Part shown: in pieces, positions 27,626 to 39,542 of the stretch
How the letters are laid out: each line of letters begins with the position of its first letter
How positions within the stretch are numbered: position 1 is the stretch's first letter
DNA from: Camelus ferus
Taxonomy: Eukaryota
NCBI RefSeq assembly: GCF_009834535.1
Contig: NC_045696.1
Coordinates: forward strand, 34,412,001 to 34,476,000
Direction of reading: 5' to 3'
DNA length: 64,000 nucleotides
Translations under genes and position numbers: made by a program
The notes under the pieces: model-generated
The model's input: the letters and a program-made list of their open reading frames with translations, nothing else
The model's database searches: none
Told to the model about the DNA's origin: nothing

Positions 27626-27800
27626 CAACAAGGATCTACTGTATGGCACAGGGAACTGTATGCAATATCTTGTAATAACCTGTAATGGTAAAGGATCTGA
27701 AAAAGAATAGATTTTATATTTGTAACTGAATCAACTTGCTGTACACCTGAAAGATTGTAAATCAACTCTACTTCAATAAAAAATTAATTAATTTAAAAAA
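27626..27800 (+). mobile_element. Short L1 3' end nested in the old L1, opposite orientation
   Basis: 'caacaaggatctactgtatggcacagggaact...tgtaaatcaactctacttcaataaaaaa' plus A tail; aggattca repeated at 27618-27625 and 27805-27812. Confidence 0.85.
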
Positions 27801-28300
27801 GTGTAGGATTCAGTTGCTAGTTTTGTAGTAAGAATTTTAACATCTAGGTTAATGGGATATTGGGGTTTTTTTGTTTTTGTTTTTAATGTTCTTCTCTGGT
27901 TTTGATATCAAGATAATGTTGACTTCATGAAATTGGTTGGAAATGTTCCTACCTCTTCTATTGACTGAAAGCATTTTAATTAAATTTATGTAATTTCTTC
28001 TTTGAATATCTGGTATAATTCACTGGTGAAATCACATGGAATTAGTTTTCCTTATGGGAACATACTTAGTGACTAATTCAGTTTCTTTCATTGATACAGA
28101 GCTCTTCATGTTACATATTTTTTTCTTGAGTGAGCTTTAGTAAGCTTTTGTGTTTTTCAAGGAATTTGTCCATGTTATCTAAATTATCTAATTTATAGAC
28201 AGTATTTTCTTAATATTCTCTTATCCTTCTAATAGCTGTGTGATTTGCACGGAAAACCCTTCTTTCATTTCTGATATGGCTAATTTAGGTTTTTTCACTC

Positions 28301-28568
28301 TTTTTTAATTGAAATATGGTCAGTTTACAAGGTTGTGTCAATTTCCGGTGTATAGCATAGTTCAGTCATACATACACATATATATATATATTCCTTTTCA
28401 TATTCCTCTTCATTATAGGTTACTGTAAGATATTGAATATAGTTCCCTGTCAATACAGTATAAATTTGTTGTTTATCTGTTTTATATATAGTAGTTAGTA
28501 TCTGTAAATCTCGAACTCCCAATTTATCCCTTTTCACCTCTTTCCCCTTCTGGTAACCATAAGTTTAT
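28301..28568 (-). mobile_element. Short young L1 3' end nested in the old L1
   Basis: Highly similar to 1535-1703 ('cagtttacaa.gttgtgtcaattt..ggtgtata...aagatattga.tat'). Confidence 0.85.
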
Positions 28569-29349
28569 AATTTTTTATTTTTCTTGATAAATCTAGGATT
28601 TTATCATGTTTGTTGAATTCTTAAAAGTACCATCTTTGACTTGGTTAATTTTCTTTATTTTTATCTATTTTTATCTCTGATTTCTGCTGTTTTATTATTT
28701 CCTCCTGTCTACTTAGTTTGTTCCTTTTTTCTCATTTGTTGAGGTAGAACTTAAGTCATTGATACCTAATATAAGCAATAAGTTCTAAATTTTCCTCTAA
28801 GAACTGTTTAGTTGTCTCCAGAAATTTTTATATATAGCATTTTTATTATCATGCAGTTTAAAATATTTTTAATTTCCCTTGCAATTTGACCATGGACTTT
28901 TTAGAAGTGTGTTGTTCAATTTCCGAATACTTAGGGTTTTGCTGAACATCTTACGTGTATTTTGCGGTTGTTGTGTGTTCTTTAAATATAAACAAGACCA
29001 ACGTAGAAAATTGTGTTGTTTAGATCCTCTGTGTTCTTACTTTTTTCTGTTTTTAAAAAATCTTTTCATTTGCTGAGATAGAGTTCTTTTAAAACTTATA
29101 CTATGTTGTCTATTTCTCTCTTTAATTCCTTAATTCTGTATGCACTTGAGCTCTTGAGCATACGGAATCCCCAACTAGGGTTAACTCATTTGAAAACATG
29201 TGAAGCCCTTCAATAGTGCATGGTCCATAGGAAACAATCCACAAAAATTAGCTACTTCCAAATTAACACTCTTCATTTACTCAATAACCTAACACAGTCT
29301 ATACCAGCCCTACAAGTATATTAAAATCATTCCTTAAAAGATTGCTAAT

Positions 29350-29870
29350 AAATTGCTAACAGTCAAATACAGAATCCCTTTACTCATGCCTTATTCTAGT
29401 TTGCTTTTGACACTGCTGATCACCATTTCTTTCTTAAAATGTCTTCCCTGAGCTTCTGTGATAGTGTATTCTGTTATTTTGTTTTCTTACCAGTCCAGTT
29501 GTGTTCTATCTGCTTCACAATTAAAGATGTTTCCAAGAGATCCAGTGTTAAAACCCCTTCTTATTTTATACTTCTTCTCTTGGTTATGTTATTCACTACC
29601 ACATTCTTAACCACTATCTCCATACGTATGGTACCTACATCTTCCTCTCCAGCTCTGAACTTTCTCCTGAATTTCAGATCCATATTGTTAACTGCCTGAT
29701 GAATGTTACCTCAGAGTAAAATACCAGCTCCCCAAATTACATGTGTGTAAGTACAAAGTCATTACCTTGACAACCACTCAGAAATTTTTAATTTTCCTGA
29801 ATTATGTACGTGAGTTGTTTGACATAACCAACCCCTCAGTTACTCAAGCTGAAAACATTAACACTTTTTG
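29350..29870 (+). mobile_element. L2 fragment
   Basis: 'ttgacactgctgatcaccatttc...tcctctccagctctgaactttctcctgaatttcagatcc'. Confidence 0.65.
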
Positions 29871-30771
29871 AAGAAGGCAATAACATATTAAGGCTGCAGG
29901 GTCTAGAGATAGACTCTGTGAGTTCAAAGCCTGCTCTCTGAGATTCTATATAGTTGGGATAGCGATAGTGTCTCAATCCTAGTGTTACTGGGAGGGTTAA
30001 ATGAGACCTTGACTATAATGCAGTTAGTGCCCCGTAAATTCTTGCCAGCCTTATTTTATCTAGATTCTCCCTTGCCTCCTACCTTACCGAAACCTGGCAA
30101 TTTGTATTTTGTATTTTCAATAAATACTCATTGTTTATTGTCAGTACTCTAGCATTTGCTTTTAAACGTTATACTATATTGTTTCCAGAACAAATCTAAG
30201 AAAATTTTTTCCTTCTATTTTGATCATTAGAAAAAACAAATTAGCATCCAAAATTAAAGAATAGTTTGAAAAATGTTGTAGTTACATTGAGAAAGTGGTA
30301 GTTTGCTTAAGTTCCATTTATGAGACTTCTGACAGGGTTAATAAGAGAGAAACAAATATGAGATGTAAAAACTGCATTAGTAAAAGGACTTAAAACATTT
30401 CCAAGGGGATATTTCATACTGTTTTGATAATGTGCTTTTCTTAGTGCAATAATTAAATCTACACTGAGATGTGATGTGAGACCACCATGATTTGGGGAGG
30501 ATTATGAGTTTTAAAGGTTAAATAGGAATGACTCAGTAACTTAACTAATACAATAAATATATATTTTACACCACAGAACCCCAACTGAATACACATATTT
30601 AAATAGCAAAAGATACCAAGCCTTAACTTGCTCGTGTTCTATCTGAAAAAAGTCTGACTCAGCAGCTATTTTTTTAAAATAAAAAATGAGTTTGTTAAAT
30701 TAAAAGTAATATTAACACACTTCCTTTGCTTCTTTATGGAAATACTTACATGTTTATCTTGATCCCTACCA

Positions 30772-30950
30772 GCAGTTGTTCTCAGCCTTACTGCACATTA
30801 GAATCACCTAGGTAGTGTTTAAAAATCCCAATGCTATGCCACACCCCAGATCAACTAAATCAGGATTTCTGGGGTTGAGACTTAGGCATCAGTATTTCTT
30901 AAAGATCCCAGGTGATTCCAGAATGGCAGCAGGCAAATTGAGAACTGCTT
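30772..30950. mobile_element. MER5-family MITE
   Basis: TIR-like ends cagttgttctca...tgagaactgctt; internal 'ctgcacattagaatcacct...cccaggtgattc'. Confidence 0.85.
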
Positions 30951-31826
30951 CCTTTTCACTACTTGAGAGCATTTATTTACTCCTCAGTGGTTACTGATCT
31001 GGAATTTTTAAAACATTCTAGATGAATCACAAAAAGAAGTGGTCATTGTAAGTTACCAGAAAATAGTAGCTGTCCAGGTGATTAGTAAAGAAAAGAACCA
31101 TTGCTGCTCAGAGCGGTAATTCTCAAAATTGAAGGAGTAGTCTGAGTAGTTCTAGGAATAGGAGAAGCCAAAAAGAAGCTGACTTTAAGTAGATTCCTAT
31201 GAGTAGGGAAAGAAAATGAGTTTGAAACCTAAAAAACCCATATCAAGTGCCAATTGTGGCAAGTTAACTATATGTGACAATAAACACATTGCTAGACTTC
31301 TCTGAGCTTCAATTTCTTCATCTATAAAAGGGCATCACACTTTTGCTGTGAGGACATTATGAAAATAAAATGAACAAGCCACATAGGGCCTCTTGTGTGG
31401 TTTCTAGTACTGTAGTAGGTGCGCAACAGAAGTTACTTCCAATTTTCCTTTTCTCTGATCCCTATGCCTTCCCTATCCCTATTATTTGTTAATTGAGTTT
31501 ATTCAATTTAAATTAATCCACCAATGCTCAGAGTGGGCCATTTGAAATCTTCCCTGTTGATGTAACCTGAATGATACTGTGGTAGACTGGTTTCTGATGC
31601 CTGTCCCACTACTCTAGTCCTCAAACCACCTGTGATCTTAAATCAGGTGAAAATGAGCTAGAAGCTTCCTCAGAATTCCCAGTGTTTATTCCTAGAATTC
31701 CAGCGTTTCACAAAAATGTATTTTGTGTGCCACACACACACAAAAGTATACCATCAAAAAAAATTAGAGAAAAGCAGTATACTGTGGTCCCCTCTTACAG
31801 ATGCCCAGCGAAAAGTAGCATTCTTA

Positions 31827-32345
31827 TGTTATGGGGTCCAAACTCATTCTGCTCACTGCATGACAGGCCAATAAATCAGGAGACAAAGTGTTGGGGCAAG
31901 GAATAGTGATTTTATTCAGAAAGACAGCAGATCCAGAAGATAGCAGACTAATATCCTGGAGAACCATCTTCCCCAAGTCAGAATTCAGGCTTCTTTTATA
32001 CTAAAAATGAGAGAGGATGTGGTTGGTTGCTGCAGACTTCTTGCTGTCAGAATCCTTTGTTCTTGCAGCTGTTCACGTAAGTCAGGTCATGATGTTTCTG
32101 TAAACCATCCAACAAGACAAATGTTATTTTCTGTTCTTCAACTTTTTATCTCTATATAAGTGAAAAAGTGTTATACTCTTAAACGTCAGAGCCTTGAGAA
32201 CGGGCTTTCCTGTATATTCCAGGCTATAGGCAACATTCTTTTGCAAAAGGTGCAGAACCAGCTTGACTAAGCACTGAAAACAGCACAGGGTTAGAGCTAA
32301 AGGAACAGATCTAATACGGGGTCAGATTTGTTCTTCCCTATTACA
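31827..32345 (-). mobile_element. ERV1-class solo LTR (519 bp)
   Basis: TG...CA ends; perfect 4-bp TSD ctta (31823-31826, 32346-32349); minus-strand TATAAAA (31994-32000) and AATAAA (31911-31916). Confidence 0.9.
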
Positions 32346-32602
32346 CTTAAGCTTCAGAGAAATTCTGCAGTAGAGATGTGCCTTTAGCTCAGATTATCTC
32401 CATTTTATTTGACCCTTCCCCACAAGGGACACTTGTTAACCACTTTAGTGGGGCAAGTCCGAGGAGCACAGCTGAGAAATACTGTTGAGTGATATTGTTG
32501 CTGACTAGTCAAAAGCTAAAAAACTAATTCCAGCTTGCTCCTCCTTGTCACTGAAAGAGAGCCCATCTCCAGCCAACTCCAGTCAAAAGAGGAAGCCTAA
32601 AA

Positions 32603-32604
<2 letters not shown>

Positions 32605-32636
<32 letters not shown>
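32605..32636. repeat. (TG)16 microsatellite
   Basis: Perfect dinucleotide run. Confidence 0.95.
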
Positions 32637-32639
<3 letters not shown>

Positions 32640-32786
32640 GCGGTAGTGGAGGGGTGGGTGGTGTTTTAAGTAAATTCTGAGATGAAATGTTAAACTGGAG
32701 ATTTACAGTTAAAGTGTCTTCAGGATTGTGACTACTTCTTGTGCTGCTGAATTTTTCAAATAATTTTAATGTATTACCTATAAATA

Positions 32787-33383
32787 TGTTGCTGAAAGAT
32801 CGGCCCCCATCCCTGACGAGCCAAATAACTCAGAGATAGGGTCCTGGAGCTTAGAAGGAAAGAGGCAATTTTATTGCTTTGCCGGGCAAAGGGGACTCCC
32901 AGCAGGCTGGTGCCTTCAAAACTGTGAGCCCACCTTGGGGATGGGGTGGGGTGGTTATATAGCCATAGCTCAAACAGTAAAGCAGAATAACAATTAACAG
33001 AATTATTTTCTTCTCATAAGACTCAGAGTGGCATCATGGTGTCTCCAGGTGACCGATTCTGTAGAGGCTAGTGGTTGTCACTCTTTCAATCTCTTTATCT
33101 TAGAAGACCCCAAGGCGTGGTCTTCTTAGTAATTCAGACTATTTTATAAGGTTGCAGTTCTGTGACCTTCTCCCTAGAGAACAACTCAGAAACCAAGTAT
33201 GATTACTACTTTCAATTACTGGAATAAAGCAGAAACAGCAAAATTAATAGCTTTATTTTAACTACAGGCCTGGAGCTGTGAGTAGCAACCAGTCAGTCAG
33301 GTCAGTTGACCGTTTTAAAGGCAAGCATAGAATAAGCAGTCTGTTAGCCTAAGTGTGGCCATTTTATTAATCCTCCTTCAACA
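32787..33383 (-). mobile_element. ERV solo LTR (597 bp)
   Basis: Inverted termini TGTTG...CAACA; minus-strand TATATAA (32955-32961) and AATAAA (32870-32875); GC-richer than flanks; no clean TSD. Confidence 0.8.
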
Positions 33384-35455
33384 TAGTATTCTAATATCTT
33401 ACCCAGCAAGACAACTTCTCTGTATGGCAAAAATTATACAACTGAATTCACTGTTTTTTCATTTTGTAATCTGAAAAATGGGAAACAAAGGAGATAGTTT
33501 AACAGAGAAGAGATAAGATCTAAGAAGGAATAGAATGTTTACACAAATCCTACCAAATATGGCAAAAATGTGTTAGTGCCTTAGAGGAATGGCTAGGTAT
33601 TCAGTCTCTCTCAGGAATGCTATAAAATTGTCCATAAATATTAGAGTATAAAAATACAGTATACCCCTTACCCTCACTCTGAATCCTCTCATCTTCAACT
33701 GGGTATGCACTAGGTCAAAGTAAGTCACTCCTAGGTCACTAGGATGTCATTTCTTTATCCTGGCCATAAACATAGCAATAAAAATTATCAACTTGGAGTA
33801 ATCTATAATATAATTCTTCAGTACTGTTTAGTATTTTGATTTAGTTAACATGGTTTGATGTAATTGCTGAAACAACATCTTATTCAGAATTTATCAATAG
33901 GGCAGGGAGCTACTGAGTTAGCTAACTGCTCCATGAAGCAGGACTTGAATGGAAAGGTTACCCAGCACTGGAGCCAGGACTTTGTGTTGGTTGACATGCA
34001 AGCAGAGAAAGTTAGTAAAGAAAAGAGCAAAGAAAAATGCAGACGAAAAGGACCATTTGAATCTGGAAAGAAAGTAAGAGGCGTTCCTTTCTGTATCCCT
34101 CTCCAGTCCCCTGAGTGGTCCTTGTGTAATATAAAGTCATTTGTTCTAATGACCCCCTTTTCTTAAGATGGCTGGATTAGATTTCTTTTTTTATAAGAAG
34201 ACGTGTCCTTCATAAACAGAGATTAATTCAATTAATAACATTAATTCAATTAATAACACGAATTTTCAGGAACTCTATGAGTTAGTGACATGTTTCTATG
34301 CAAATAACATGCTTCAATATATGATCTTTAAAAATATGTTCTTAAAGCTATTTAATAGACATTTCCTATTATTTTTGAATGATTCACTTACTTTTCTATA
34401 TATATATTACAAAAATAAACTTCCATCCAAAGGAAGGAAGAATTATAAAACAGGAGAATGGGAATGGTAAAACTGAAGAACAATATAAAACCGAGGCAAG
34501 ATTTCAGACAGGATGCCATTTCATTCTGGGCCTTCTGTATAGACAGAAAGCATTTTGGTCATATACTGCCTTCTTTAAAGTCAATAGACATATTCCAAGG
34601 ATACTAGATAATAATGCTATCTTTAGGAGAATAACTGGCAATGTACCCTATGAGTAAGTTTTAAAAGACATTTTGAGGATACAGCAAGCACAGAATTAAC
34701 ACAAATGTCAAGGACTGTACCCACAGATCACTACTTTTAGATGGCTTATGCAATACAGAACTTAGCCAGAGGAGACCAAGGCCAAGAATATCCATGTGCC
34801 CATGAGATGCTCTTCAAAGTAATACCAAAAGGTGAATGACTAACTCTTTCCTACCCAGGTTAAAGCCACATTGGCTGAAATGGCTAATACTTCATTCTTT
34901 TCCTTAGCTCCTCTGCATCTCTGGTGACCTTTGGACTTCTCTACTAAAATGTGCTTTAGGGACTTCATATTATGTCCTCCCTTTCCTAGACAGAGTAGGA
35001 CACCAAGACACCTCTCTTGGTGTCCTAGTCAGAACTGTTGCATAATTAACTCCTAAATCAATCTTCCTTCCACTTTTGTGAGGTTCTTTTTGTTTTTTGG
35101 TTTTTTTTACAAAGGAGAAAAGTGATTGCTAAATATGGTATTTGATTTCTACGGCCTGTTAAACTTCAGCTTTGATAGAAAAATAATGGTCTGCCACATG
35201 GACATCTTTTGCATTGTAATTTTATCATTTTATGACAATTGACATTGACAGAAAATGGTAAATGCCTTAATTTTAAGTTGATGACTCAACTGACTCAACC
35301 CAAATGGCAAAAAAAAAAAAAGTTTCATTAGTGATCTAAGAATAAAATAAATGCTTATTGATTAATTAGATTATGTTAGTACTTTTAAAACTTTTAAAAT
35401 GATGACTCTGTTTTGACAGCACTTAGAAAATCTTTCCATTAACTCATTTACTCTT

Positions 35456-35578
35456 TTTTTTTAAATTTTTACATATGATTTTTTTCCTCATCCTTTCTTT
35501 AATGGCGGTACTAGGGGTTGAACCCAGGACCTTATGCGTGCTAAGCATGCACTCTACCACTGACCTATACCCACCCTC
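35456..35578 (-). mobile_element. tRNA-Ala-derived SINE (camelid vic-1-like)
   Basis: Reverse strand 'gggtataggtcagtggtagagtgcatgcttagcacgcataaggtcctgggttcaacccc' (A/B boxes, AGC anticodon loop), A-rich tail; 15-bp TSD with one mismatch (35441-35455 / 35579-35593). Confidence 0.85.
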
Positions 35579-36149
35579 AACTCATATACTCTTAATTAAT
35601 TATTTTGTTTGCTGAACCTACAAGTGAAGTTTGCTTCCAGAATTATTTACATGATTCATTGGCTTTGAAAATTCCTATTAATAGTATAGGCAATGAAAAT
35701 ATTAACCTAAGTTTATCCTACTAGTAATAAAATTTAAATGGGTTAAATGACATTTAACTCTTTTGTTTATAGTACTCATGTTTATGGTTTTTAAACCTTA
35801 TTTTGAGCAAAAAGATCAATACTTCAATAATCAAGTGTGCTGAAAACAAGTGTCTGGTAAATAAATAGAAATTTTAGATACATTTTGTTTCCTGAGTGGT
35901 GTTATAGGCATCCTATCACAGTAGAACACCATCACATGATACAAGTAAACTTTGTCCACTTCTCTCACTGCTTACTTTGCATACATCCCCATTTCTACAC
36001 ATCCAGGGTATAACAGCCTTTCTAAAACAGAGTCTGGAAGACAAGTCTGAGTGAGCTCCCATATCAACACCAAGCCCTTCAGACAGTGTGGAGACACCAG
36101 AAATGAGAGAAAAGGTCATCCTTCATTACCCAACCACCTCCTGCCCTCT

Positions 36150-36460
36150 GCCCCAAGCTTTTGTCATCATTCAGCTTTACTTTAGAAGTCAGGAAACAGT
36201 CTCTGCATTCTAAAATCCTCCCTTGCACCCTCTGGTTGCCCAGACCCCTTCTGCCACACTGGGTTAGTTCTCTGCTTCCCTTATACCTTGCTCTTATGTA
36301 ACACTTGTCATACAACATCATGAAAATTTGGCTCTTTTTCTTGTCTTTTTCATACTCTAACTGGAAGTTTCTTAAGGGCAGGGAATACATTTTTTAAAAT
36401 CAAAATCATGCTACCAACATACAGGCTGGCACCTAGGAGACATGAAATAAAATGTCTGTC
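36150..36460 (+). mobile_element. L2 3' fragment
   Basis: 'ctaactggaagtttcttaagggcagggaa...ggctggcacctaggagacatgaaataaaatg'. Confidence 0.6.
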
Positions 36461-36469
36461 AAAGTTTTT

Positions 36470-37010
36470 ATTAAAAGCTTACATATTAGATATTGTTCCA
36501 GGGACTGAAGTTACAGTATTGAACCAAAAAATCTAGATCCTTGTTTTCATGAATCTTAAATCTAGTGGGGAAAGCAGATTGTACACAAGTAAAAAATACA
36601 AGAATTTCAGTGACAAATACCATGAAGAAAATTAATATGATAGTGTCTGCAACTTAAATGAGGAAGAGAGCCAGTTGTCTAGGAGAGAATCTTCCAGAAG
36701 GAACAGCAAGTCCAAAGGCTCTAATTTAGGAGGGAGTTTGATTTTATCAAATAGCAAAACTAACAAGGCCTGTGTGGCTGTGAGAATAGTGAGTATATGG
36801 GAGAGCGATACCAAAGAAGACTGAAAGGCGGGCAAGGACCAATTCATGTAGGGCCTTGAAGGGCATGGCTAAGGATCTAGACCATATTCTAAGTACAATG
36901 AAAGTCATGGAAGAATTCTGAAGAGCAGAATAAAATCATCTAGTCATGGTTTCAAAGGCTCATTTGCCTACAATTTGAAGAATGGACTATAAAAGCCAAG
37001 CCAGGAGACC
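36470..37010 (-). mobile_element. L2 fragment
   Basis: 'ggaacagcaagtccaaaggctct...aaggcctgtgtggctg...tcatgtagggccttgaagggcatggctaagga'. Confidence 0.75.
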
Positions 37011-37529
37011 ATGTGACATGTAGTAAAAATTAAACACTCTGATTTTGGCTGACACCCCAAGGAAAGAAGTACCAACTCCCCCATATCCCAATACAAGATG
37101 CTGTACTGAAGCATGCCCTATTCAGGACTGAAAAAAAAGCAAGGGAAACCAAATTTTGTATCTCTTTGGCCTTCATTACCTTCATATTATGACAGTATTG
37201 ATTGAAGAGGGTAGGAATTGGAAAAGAGGGTGAAGATGATCCTTGGAGAAAGTTATAGATTTCTGAGTTTACCCCTTTTCCTAGGATCAGTGTATCTGGA
37301 GGTGAGTGAGGGTGGTTAGTGCTTCCCCTCTCACCTCCAACTAAGAGAGAGGGGCTTCAAAAAGACTGCTCAAAGCACATGATTTATGACTCCTGGGGTC
37401 TGCTGGGGACTGGTGGGGACCCACACCAGGAAAAGCCTAAGGGTGAGAGATTATTCACAAACTACTTTGCCACAAACCCAACAAAGCTAGCTCCTTTGGG
37501 AATGGCTCTTTCTTGAGACAGTGGTTAAA

Positions 37530-37880
37530 TAACTCATTTGACAAATATTTATTGCTCTCTTACTAGATATCAGGCACTGTTCTGGGTATTTGGAATATAT
37601 CAATGAACAAAGATCCTCACATTCAAATCACTTACATCCTAGTGGGTAGAGATAGACAAAAACTTTATCATAAACAAGTATATAATATAGGAAATTATAA
37701 GTGCTAAAGAAAAAAGATAAAGCTGATTAGGAAGATGAGAAAAGGGGTTTCGTAAAGAGGAAGAGAGATAAAGAGGGGTTGAAATATTAATTAGAGTGGA
37801 AGGAATTTGAGCAAAGACTTGAAGGAAGTGATGGAGTTAATTAACGAAGTGGTTCTCTCAGGTAAGGATATTTCAGACTA
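37530..37880 (-). mobile_element. L2 3' fragment
   Basis: 'ctcatttgacaaatatttattg...caggcactgttctgggt...tttgagcaaagacttgaaggaagtga'. Confidence 0.75.
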
Positions 37881-37884
37881 AAGT

Positions 37885-38070
37885 AGCTAGTGCTAGCTTG
37901 AGCCTGCATCAGAGTCTTCTAGAGGGTTAATGCACAGATCGCACAGATCACTGGGCTCCACTGCCAAAGTTTCTGATTCACTGTCTGAGTAGGAACAAGA
38001 ATTTGCATTTCAAAAAGTACCCAGCTAATGCTGATGCTACTGGACCAGGAACTGCACTAGACAATCACTG
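37885..38070. mobile_element. MER5A-like MITE
   Basis: 'gcctgcatcagagtc...gtttctgattca...aagaatttgcatttc...tgctgatgctactggaccagg'. Confidence 0.75.
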
Positions 38071-38997
38071 AGCTAGAGGAAAAGCCCCAGGTGGGAATGT
38101 CCCAGGTGTATTCTGACGGTTCCCTGAGTGAGGGCCACTCAGGGAAGAGCTGGCTGGAGCCCTTCTCAAAGAGTTCTACTCAGGAAGGCTACCTTCTGAG
38201 ACTGTGTGCTGAGCAGCAGAAAATCATGGGCTAAGTGAGAACTTTCATGACCAGTGGGACCAGATAAGAGCACTGCCGTGAAAGTCTCACCTTCTCTTAA
38301 CTAATCAAATTCACCCCTTCTTTCAAGATACTAACTCCTCCATTTGTAATCTAAACTAATTTCCCAATGGGTGTCTTTATTACCGCTTAAATTTAGCTGT
38401 TTTTATACTAATACCCTCAACATCCTTGCTACCTTGTGTTTTTCCCACGGCAAGATACATAATCCAACAATATTCCTTTTCCACTCTTATACCAGGGCTG
38501 CTGAGCATTCCTAAAGTAAAGATTGATGCCTGTGCAGCTTTAACCAATACACAGAAATTCTTTTATCTGCCTTTGATCACCTCTCTTCCTACTCTCTATA
38601 GCAACCGTGCCAAATGATCATCTTACATTTCATGATCCCTGCCTCTTCCCCCTCAACAGATGACACAGTCTCCTATTCAAAGCAAAAGCCGAGTGTATGA
38701 CACATGAAAACCTCCAAGTTCCTGTCATTTTCACCGCCTTCCCAATATATACAAGCTCACATGTTCACTAGCTTCAAAGTTACTCCCTTCACTCATCTCC
38801 TTCCTCCTGGTCCCACATAACACCATGTAGTCAGTGCTTAGGAAAGTGTTTGAAACAAACTGATGTGCTCAAAAAATGTGTTTGTTTGGCTAGTTTTTAT
38901 ATTATTCCTTTAAAAAAATAAGTAACAAATGTATAATGAGTGTAAGATTGTAGTCTCTTTCCAAACTCTTTTTCCCTAAACACATTTCTAGTCCCTC

Positions 38998-39542
38998 TGT
39001 TACCTGAAAAGGGGAAGGGAAAAGACCCCAGTTCTTGTCTTACCCAAAAGATAAGAATTCAGACAGGAGATGGAGTTTTGTGTAGTGAAAGATTTTAAAG
39101 GATTTACTAGCAAAGGGCAAGTACACCTCCAGGAACGGGAGGCGGGCTGATCGAAGGGCGGATAGCAGCGGTCTTTGCCTGTTCTCTTGTACCCTCGCTT
39201 ACAGGTGGTCTCTTGATTGATTGATGGCTCTTGCCCCTGGAATGCCTAGTCATGTTTGTCCCCTTTGCACACGTCCTTACCCATTATGCATATTGGGGGG
39301 GTGGCTAAACCACAATGCTAATTATATTACGATATTACAGTGAGCATTGGGTTATGTCCAGTTAGGTCCTTGTCTCTACTGTGCAGTTGCGGCTGTCGGG
39401 TTCTAACCGGTTTCTTGCTGGCACTCATTTAGAGGAAGTAAAGCCCCTTTATGCTGGAAGCAGGCATCCTCCATCTTCCAGACTTTGCTCCCTTTCCTGC
39501 ACCTTATCTGCCTGGTGCTCCCACTAATCTAACTACCTAACA
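38998..39542 (-). mobile_element. ERV1-class solo LTR (545 bp)
   Basis: TGTTA...TAACA ends; flanks cctc/cctg (4-bp TSD, one mismatch); variant poly(A) signal AGTAAA on minus (39103-39108); CpG-rich. Confidence 0.8.

Larger units (their letters stand above)
25403..29110 (-). mobile_element. Long ancient L1 (L1M-class) 3'UTR plus decayed ORF2
   Basis: Continuous reverse-strand L1 motifs ('ccattcacctattgatggacatttgggttg', 'ccatataaatgttagaatcagcttgccaatttctac', 'gaaatcaattgaccatatatgtgggtc'); no intact ORF. Confidence 0.85.

Noticed and set aside
35500..35578. Functional tRNA-Ala gene (also 45110-45190)
   Set aside because: Broken stems, A-rich tails and TSDs indicate SINE insertions.
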